DNA from: Spirochaetota bacterium
GTDB lineage: Bacteria; Spirochaetota; UBA4802; UBA5550
DNA: 64,000 nt
Assembly: GCA_050298055.1 (NCBI GenBank)
Contig: JBNKTL010000001.1
Location: 1-64,000 of the forward strand
Reading direction: 5' to 3'
In this document: piece after piece, positions 59,175-64,000 of the stretch
How the letters are laid out: every line of letters begins with the position of its first letter
How positions within the stretch are numbered: position 1 is the first letter of the stretch
Program-made: the position numbers and the translations under genes
The notes under the pieces: generated by a model
Seen by the model: only the letters and a program-made list of their open reading frames with translations
Databases searched by the model: none
What the model was told of the DNA's origin: nothing

Positions 59175-59819
59175 TTACTCGGCTGACTCCTTACTTGCCT
59201 CTTCACCTTCTTCTGCCACAGCTTCTTCAGCACCTTCTCCTTCTTCCCCGACCTTGGATACCTTGGCCATGTGAACCGCCGCAATAACAGCATCACTGTT
59301 AGTCAGGAGCGTAACCTCTTCACCTATATCCAGGTCCTTCGCATGGATCGAATCTCCAACATTCAGTCCCGATACATCCACAACTATTTGACCGGGAAGA
59401 TTTTTGGGGAGACACTCAATTTCAATTTCCCTCTCAGAAATTTCCAGAAGACCTCCCATTTTAAGACCAACAGGTGTACCGGTTATTTCTATAGGTACAT
59501 GAGTATGTATTTTTTCACCAAGTGTTACTTTAAAAAAATCGAGATGGAGCACTTCACCTGAAACAGGATCTACATGATAATCCTTCACAAATGCCATTTG
59601 CTTCAGATCTGCATTATCCCTGTAATTCAGATCAAAAATCACACTCTCAGAAATATGACCATGAAAAAGGGAAAAGAAATCCTTTTTGTCAACCTTTATG
59701 GATTCAGACTCACCATGAGAATAGAGAACCGCAGGAATAAATCCTGAATCCCTCAATCTTCTATTGGCATTTTTACCCTTTTCTGTTCTTAATTCAACAT
59801 TTAAGCTTTTTTCTTGCAT
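59175..59819 (-). CDS. rplY: 50S ribosomal protein bL25/Ctc (long form)
   Basis: RRLR..G.IPAVLY, HLDF, GG.L, L.VGDSIH; acidic tail. Confidence 0.97.
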   Translation of the reverse strand: MQEKSLNVELRTEKGKNANRRLRDSGFIPAVLYSHGESESIKVDKKDFFSLFHGHISESVIFDLNYRDNADLKQMAFVKDYHVDPVSGEVLHLDFFKVTLGEKIHTHVPIEITGTPVGLKMGGLLEISEREIEIECLPKNLPGQIVVDVSGLNVGDSIHAKDLDIGEEVTLLTNSDAVIAAVHMAKVSKVGEEGEGAEEAVAEEGEEASKESAE

Positions 59820-59852
59820 ATCAAACCTGCTCTTTTTCTACTATGGTTAATT

Positions 59853-59937
59853 GTAATTACTCAACTACATTTTTAAAATTGTTCTATTAATGAATAAAAC
59901 ATAACTGGTATCTCCCTGCCGAAGACGGCGGACATAC
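59853..59937. repeat. Dispersed element, copy E (degenerate)
   Basis: gtaattactcaacta...aaaacataactggtatctccctgccgaagacggcggacata. Confidence 0.55.
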
Positions 59938-59951
59938 TCTTTATATCTTTA

Positions 59952-60905
59952 TTATAAAAACAGAGAACTTACAGACTCCCCGTTATGGATCCTCCGTATT
60001 GCTTCACCAAGAAGTGGAGCAATTGAAAGGATCTTCAGATTATCAACTTTTTTACTGTCATCAACTTTTATGGTATTTGTACAGATCATCTCCTTAAAAC
60101 CGGCATTACTCAACTTTTTAATTGCATTATCAGTCAGAAGAGGATGAGTAAACAGGCAGTAAACATCAACCGCACCATTTTTCAGAAGTGCTTTGCAGGC
60201 CTCGGAAATCGACCCGCCGGTATCTACCATATCGTCAACAATTACACATGTCTTCCCTTTAACTTCACCGATAACATGCTGGACTTCCGCTACATTGGGT
60301 GCCGGTCTCCTCTTGTCGATAATTGCAAGAGGAGCATTGAGTTTATGCGCAATAAACCGCGCCCTGGCTGCTCCCCCGGAATCTGGTGAAACAACAACCA
60401 TATTATCAAGGTTGAGCCTTTGAATATAATCAATAGTAATAGGTGTTGCAAAAAGATTATCAACAGGTATATCAAAAAATCCCTGTATCTGGTCAGCGTG
60501 AAGATCTATTGTCAGTACCCTGCTTGTACCGGTAGCCTGTATAATGTTTGCCACAACCTTTGCCGATATAGGCACTCTCGGCTCAACCTTTCTGTCCTGC
60601 CGTGCATATCCGAAATAAGGTATCACAGCGGTTATCCTTTTCGCTGACGCTCTCAATGCAGCATCAATAATGAGCAGAAGTTCCATAATATGCTCGTCTG
60701 CGGGATTGCTGGTAGACTGAATGATGAAAACATCATGCGCCCTGACATTCTCCTTCAGTTTGACCGAGATCTCTCCATCCTTGAACCTTTTCAATTCAAT
60801 TTTGGAAAGCTCGAAACCGAGATATTCCGAAATCTGCCGCGATAGCTCAGGATTTGATGATCCTGAAAATATTTTCATCGCATTATTACTCACAGTTTTT
60901 TTCAA
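59952..60905 (-). CDS. prs: Ribose-phosphate pyrophosphokinase
   Basis: RFKDGEI, PYFGYARQDRK, DLHADQIQGFF, VDDMVDTGGS. Confidence 0.98.
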   Translation of the reverse strand: MKKTVSNNAMKIFSGSSNPELSRQISEYLGFELSKIELKRFKDGEISVKLKENVRAHDVFIIQSTSNPADEHIMELLLIIDAALRASAKRITAVIPYFGYARQDRKVEPRVPISAKVVANIIQATGTSRVLTIDLHADQIQGFFDIPVDNLFATPITIDYIQRLNLDNMVVVSPDSGGAARARFIAHKLNAPLAIIDKRRPAPNVAEVQHVIGEVKGKTCVIVDDMVDTGGSISEACKALLKNGAVDVYCLFTHPLLTDNAIKKLSNAGFKEMICTNTIKVDDSKKVDNLKILSIAPLLGEAIRRIHNGESVSSLFL

Positions 60906-61636
60906 TTTCCCTTTTTGATATATTCTTCAAGATATTTCAACTCTTCCTTCGAGTTGATACCGCTTCCTTCAATGGAATCATCGAGGAGCAGCGTTTCCAC
61001 ACTCTGCCCCGATTTGAGGATAAACTGCAAAGCATCGGGCAAATAATACTCACCCTGAGCATTGTCCGTATTAACTTCTTTGAGCCCCCTGAAAAGAAAA
61101 CTGCTGTTGAAGATATACGTCCCGGAGTTCACTTCCCCGATCTTCTTCTCTTCGGGAGATGCGTCCTTCTCTTCTACAATTCTTCGGAAAGCTCCGCTTT
61201 CATCCTTAACAATTCTTCCATAACCGGCAGGATCTTCCGGTTCCATTGTCAGGACCACTGCCTTGACATCATCATTACTTATCAAGTCAGCCAGCTTCCT
61301 GAAAGTTTCCGGCCTGATAAGAGGTACATCGCCACAGGCAATCAATATGCTGCCGTCGTAATCTTTCAGTGATTCCTCAGCCTGCATGACCGCATGACCT
61401 GTTCCCAGCTGTTCATGCTGCCAGACAAAAGAAACGCTGTCACCGATGGTATCGATAACCTGCTGGCCCCTGTAACCCACAATTACCGTAATCCGGTCAA
61501 TGCCGGATAACTTCAGATTCTCAATAACATAACTGATTAATGGCTTACCATTCAGCGGGTGCAGGACCTTGGGCAGATCGGATTTCATCCTCTTGCCCAT
61601 TCCTCCTGCAAGTATTAATCCTACAACATCTTTAAT
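60902..61636 (-). CDS. glmU: GlmU N-terminal (uridylyltransferase-only) sugar-phosphate nucleotidyltransferase
   Basis: ILAGGMGKRMKSDLPKVLH, QLGTGHA, GDVP, GYGRI, NAQGEYYL; no hexapeptide domain; start extended to ATT 61636. Confidence 0.85.
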   Translation of the reverse strand: MKDVVGLILAGGMGKRMKSDLPKVLHPLNGKPLISYVIENLKLSGIDRITVIVGYRGQQVIDTIGDSVSFVWQHEQLGTGHAVMQAEESLKDYDGSILIACGDVPLIRPETFRKLADLISNDDVKAVVLTMEPEDPAGYGRIVKDESGAFRRIVEEKDASPEEKKIGEVNSGTYIFNSSFLFRGLKEVNTDNAQGEYYLPDALQFILKSGQSVETLLLDDSIEGSGINSKEELKYLEEYIKKGN

Positions 61637-61661
61637 GACTCAATCTCCGGTAATATATTAT

Positions 61662-61733
61662 CTGAGGTGCCAGGATTCGAACCTGGGAATACCGAGACCA
61701 AAACCCGGTGCCTTACCACTTGGCCACACCTCA
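61662..61733 (-). tRNA. tRNA-Gln(TTG), CCA not encoded
   Basis: Acceptor stem TGAGGTG/CACCTCA; D-arm GGCCAAGTGGTAAGGC; anticodon arm CCGGG-TTTTGGT-CTCGG; GGTTCGAATCC. Confidence 0.97.
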
Positions 61734-61748
61734 CTATTAAACACACTG

Positions 61749-62678
61749 TTAACGATCCAGGCTGAATGCTCTCTCACTCATTATCTTTGAAACAATAGTG
61801 AAGGGAACACGCTTCTTAAGAAACTCAGCTGCTTTTTCTGCTGTAGCTCTATCATTGAAAAGCCCCAGAACTGTTGATCCGGAGCCTGTCATTGTGGCGT
61901 ATTCCGCTTTCATCCTGATCATATTTTCGTAAATAATAGCAACATCCCTGTGAAATTCAAATACTTTTTCCTGGAAGTCGTTCTTTAAATGATCCTTTAT
62001 AATTGCAATTTTTCCTTCTGTTGCAGCTTTTCTTATAAGCTCCTTCTTCCTTTCATGTTCTTCCTGATGAATTATTCTCTTATTTTCTCTCTCTAACTGT
62101 CTGTAGGCCCACCCGGTATCGATATGGATTCCGCAATTTGCAGCAACAATGTAATAATCAAGCCTCCCCGGGACCTGTTCGATGAGCTCTCCCCTCTCTT
62201 CACAGATGGCAAGCCCTCCCTGCAGGCAATAAGGGACATCAGAGCCGAGTTCTCCGGCAATCTCTTCAAGATCAGAGGTTTCTAAACCGGGAATTTTCCT
62301 GTTCAGGATCCGTAGTGCCGCCGCGGCATCGGAGCTTCCTCCTCCGAGTCCTCCTCCTGTCGGAATATTTTTCTCAAGAGAAAACTTCAGCCTGCCCGAA
62401 AGCCCCTGCTTTTCCAGGAACATTTTGGCAGCTTTTGCTACGAGGTTCTCTGACGGAGGCAGGTTTTCAATATCCCGCGAAAATGCTCCGCCTGACAGCA
62501 TTACTTCTACCCGGGAATCCCCGTTCCCTTTTGAAACTTCAATCTGTTCCAGTTTTAAAAGATCAAAAAAATCAATATTGGCGAAAAGGCCAAATATATT
62601 ATGATAACCGTCATCTCTTTTTTCAAGGACTTCAAGATGAAGGTTAATTTTCGCGTATGCTTTTTCTCTAAAATTCAA
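61749..62678 (-). CDS. ispE: 4-diphosphocytidyl-2-C-methyl-D-erythritol kinase
   Basis: AKINLHL, RDDGYH, IPTGGGLGGGSSDAA, GSDVP, MTGSGST. Confidence 0.97.
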   Translation of the reverse strand: MNFREKAYAKINLHLEVLEKRDDGYHNIFGLFANIDFFDLLKLEQIEVSKGNGDSRVEVMLSGGAFSRDIENLPPSENLVAKAAKMFLEKQGLSGRLKFSLEKNIPTGGGLGGGSSDAAAALRILNRKIPGLETSDLEEIAGELGSDVPYCLQGGLAICEERGELIEQVPGRLDYYIVAANCGIHIDTGWAYRQLERENKRIIHQEEHERKKELIRKAATEGKIAIIKDHLKNDFQEKVFEFHRDVAIIYENMIRMKAEYATMTGSGSTVLGLFNDRATAEKAAEFLKKRVPFTIVSKIMSERAFSLDR

Positions 62679-62764
62679 TTAAAAACTTCGAGATAATATT
62701 GGAGTGGCAAAATTATTTGATGCAGGTTTTTTTGTCAACAACTAATTCATTTGAGTATATATTA

Positions 62765-63766
62765 TCAAATACTGCCGTTATCTTCTCTTCGCATCAAGCC
62801 TGCGGTAAAGAGAAGAAGGACGCCTATCCCTGCCCAGAAAAAAGTCCTCAATCTTCTTATTATCCCTATAGAGAGTCCCAGCGAAGGATTAAATCCGAGC
62901 ATACCCAGGGCAAGCGAATATGATCCTTCACTGGTCCCCACATTTGCAGGCATAAAGAACATCAGGCTGGTTAAAATGAACCCGAAAACATAGATAAAAA
63001 ATGCATCGATAAGAGTAAAACCACTCCCCACATTCAGATAGAGGGCAATCAGGTAGATCTCCAGGGTGCAGGAAATAATAATTGCCGTATAATGGAGAAA
63101 AAGGGCCATATAAAAATGAGAGAGGTTGTCCCTGCTGCTGAAAATAAATTTGATCTCATCATCCAGTGTTTTAATCTTCTCCATCCTGCTTTCCGTGAGA
63201 TATCTTTCCTTTAATTTTACAGGGAGCTTATTCAGGATATATTCAATAAAACCCTGTTTCTGTTTTTTCAATAAAATTATCATTGCAACCAGTGAAGAGA
63301 GACAGAGCAGGATAGTCAATCCGCTTACATAATAGGGAAGATTGAGAACAAAGAGGCTTATAACAATACCAGTCAGGGTGATAAGGATGCTTGAGATTGT
63401 TTTAATTGTCCTGTCCAGGACAACAGATGCCAGCCCCACCTTCATGGGAAGAAAATCCTTAACATACAGAGCCTTGAGGGGTTCTCCCGCAACAGCACCA
63501 AGGGCATTAAAGGCAGTTGTTGAATCTCCCGCAAGCCTTGCCAGCATAAACCTGTGGAAATGAAAACCCTTCAGGGGATAATTTATCAGGATTCTCCATG
63601 CAAGGGTTAGAAAGATATTTGTGAAAAAGAACATTCCCGTAATAATCCAGAATCCCCAGCCGATCTCACTGATCTTTTCAATTGTTGTTTTAACACCAAA
63701 CGCCTTAAAGAGCACAACAAGGAGAAGAATCCCTACTGAAAGAAAAATGTAGCGTGTTTTTTTCAA
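62765..63766 (-). CDS. Lysylphosphatidylglycerol synthase TM region (UPF0104) flippase-like protein
   Basis: AW..L, GEP.K, ASVVLDR, P..VG..EG, RR motifs; multiple TM helices. Confidence 0.85.
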   Translation of the reverse strand: MKKTRYIFLSVGILLLVVLFKAFGVKTTIEKISEIGWGFWIITGMFFFTNIFLTLAWRILINYPLKGFHFHRFMLARLAGDSTTAFNALGAVAGEPLKALYVKDFLPMKVGLASVVLDRTIKTISSILITLTGIVISLFVLNLPYYVSGLTILLCLSSLVAMIILLKKQKQGFIEYILNKLPVKLKERYLTESRMEKIKTLDDEIKFIFSSRDNLSHFYMALFLHYTAIIISCTLEIYLIALYLNVGSGFTLIDAFFIYVFGFILTSLMFFMPANVGTSEGSYSLALGMLGFNPSLGLSIGIIRRLRTFFWAGIGVLLLFTAGLMRREDNGSI

Positions 63767-63786
63767 TTCAATATCCTTATATTTTC

Positions 63787-63917
63787 ATAACGACTTTGTC
63801 TATAGCAAGAACTCACATTTTTAAGAGAATAACAACAATGTGTCCCCTCCGCCGAAGGCGGAGGGGACACATCAGTATGTTTTTTTATGAATATGATTAT
63901 TCTTACATAGCTGAGTA
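63787..63917. repeat. Dispersed palindromic element, copy C (inverted relative to B)
   Basis: atgtgtcccctccgcc-gaa-ggcggaggggacacat plus conserved flanks and tagctgagta end. Confidence 0.88.
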
Positions 63918-64000
63918 TCTCTATTTATTTTATTGCAGGGTTAAAATCAATTTTAATTTTTTATTGATGAAAAATATTTAGCTTGAAAATAAACCATGAG

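Noticed and set aside
59820..59951. rplY autoregulatory leader RNA
   Set aside because: The visible hairpin is better explained as a decayed copy of the dispersed element; a regulatory role cannot be shown
63754..63981. Short ORFs containing MCPxRRRRRGHI (also 8913-9137 and 8888-9301)
   Set aside because: The shared peptide is simply the translation of the palindromic repeat

Overview
A 64-kb bacterial chromosomal window. It is most plausibly from an anaerobic, non-pathogenic Spirochaetota lineage with Leptospira-like gene order; this is inferred from the ispE-tRNA(Gln)-glmU-prs-rplY-pth block, many lipoproteins, and 2-hydroxyacyl-CoA dehydratase genes. Housekeeping genes (alaS, ruvA, pyk, amtB-PII, pth, rplY, prs, glmU-like, ispE, tRNA-Gln) are mixed with envelope and signalling genes and an AT-rich accessory patch at about 33.9-40.8 kb. 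That patch holds two tandem Imm11-like genes, a SUKH-like gene, a repeat-containing metzincin and gene remnants. I saw no rRNA, CRISPR array, transposase, integrase or reverse transcriptase. Most notable: (1) an AsmA/YdbH-like + DUF1318 + ~2,590-aa TolB-TPR-pseudo-CHAT lipoprotein operon; (2) a Tat-like-leader AmmeMemoRadiSam radical SAM gene followed by a CxxCH protein and a MORN protein; (3) a Pth at the canonical locus with substituted catalytic residues; (4) a ~100-135 bp dispersed palindromic element in five copies with compensatory stem changes; (5) a TIGR03032 gene paired with an FG-GAP lipoprotein carrying an extended leader; (6) an apparent ATT start for glmU. All family calls come from motif recognition by eye, not database searches.
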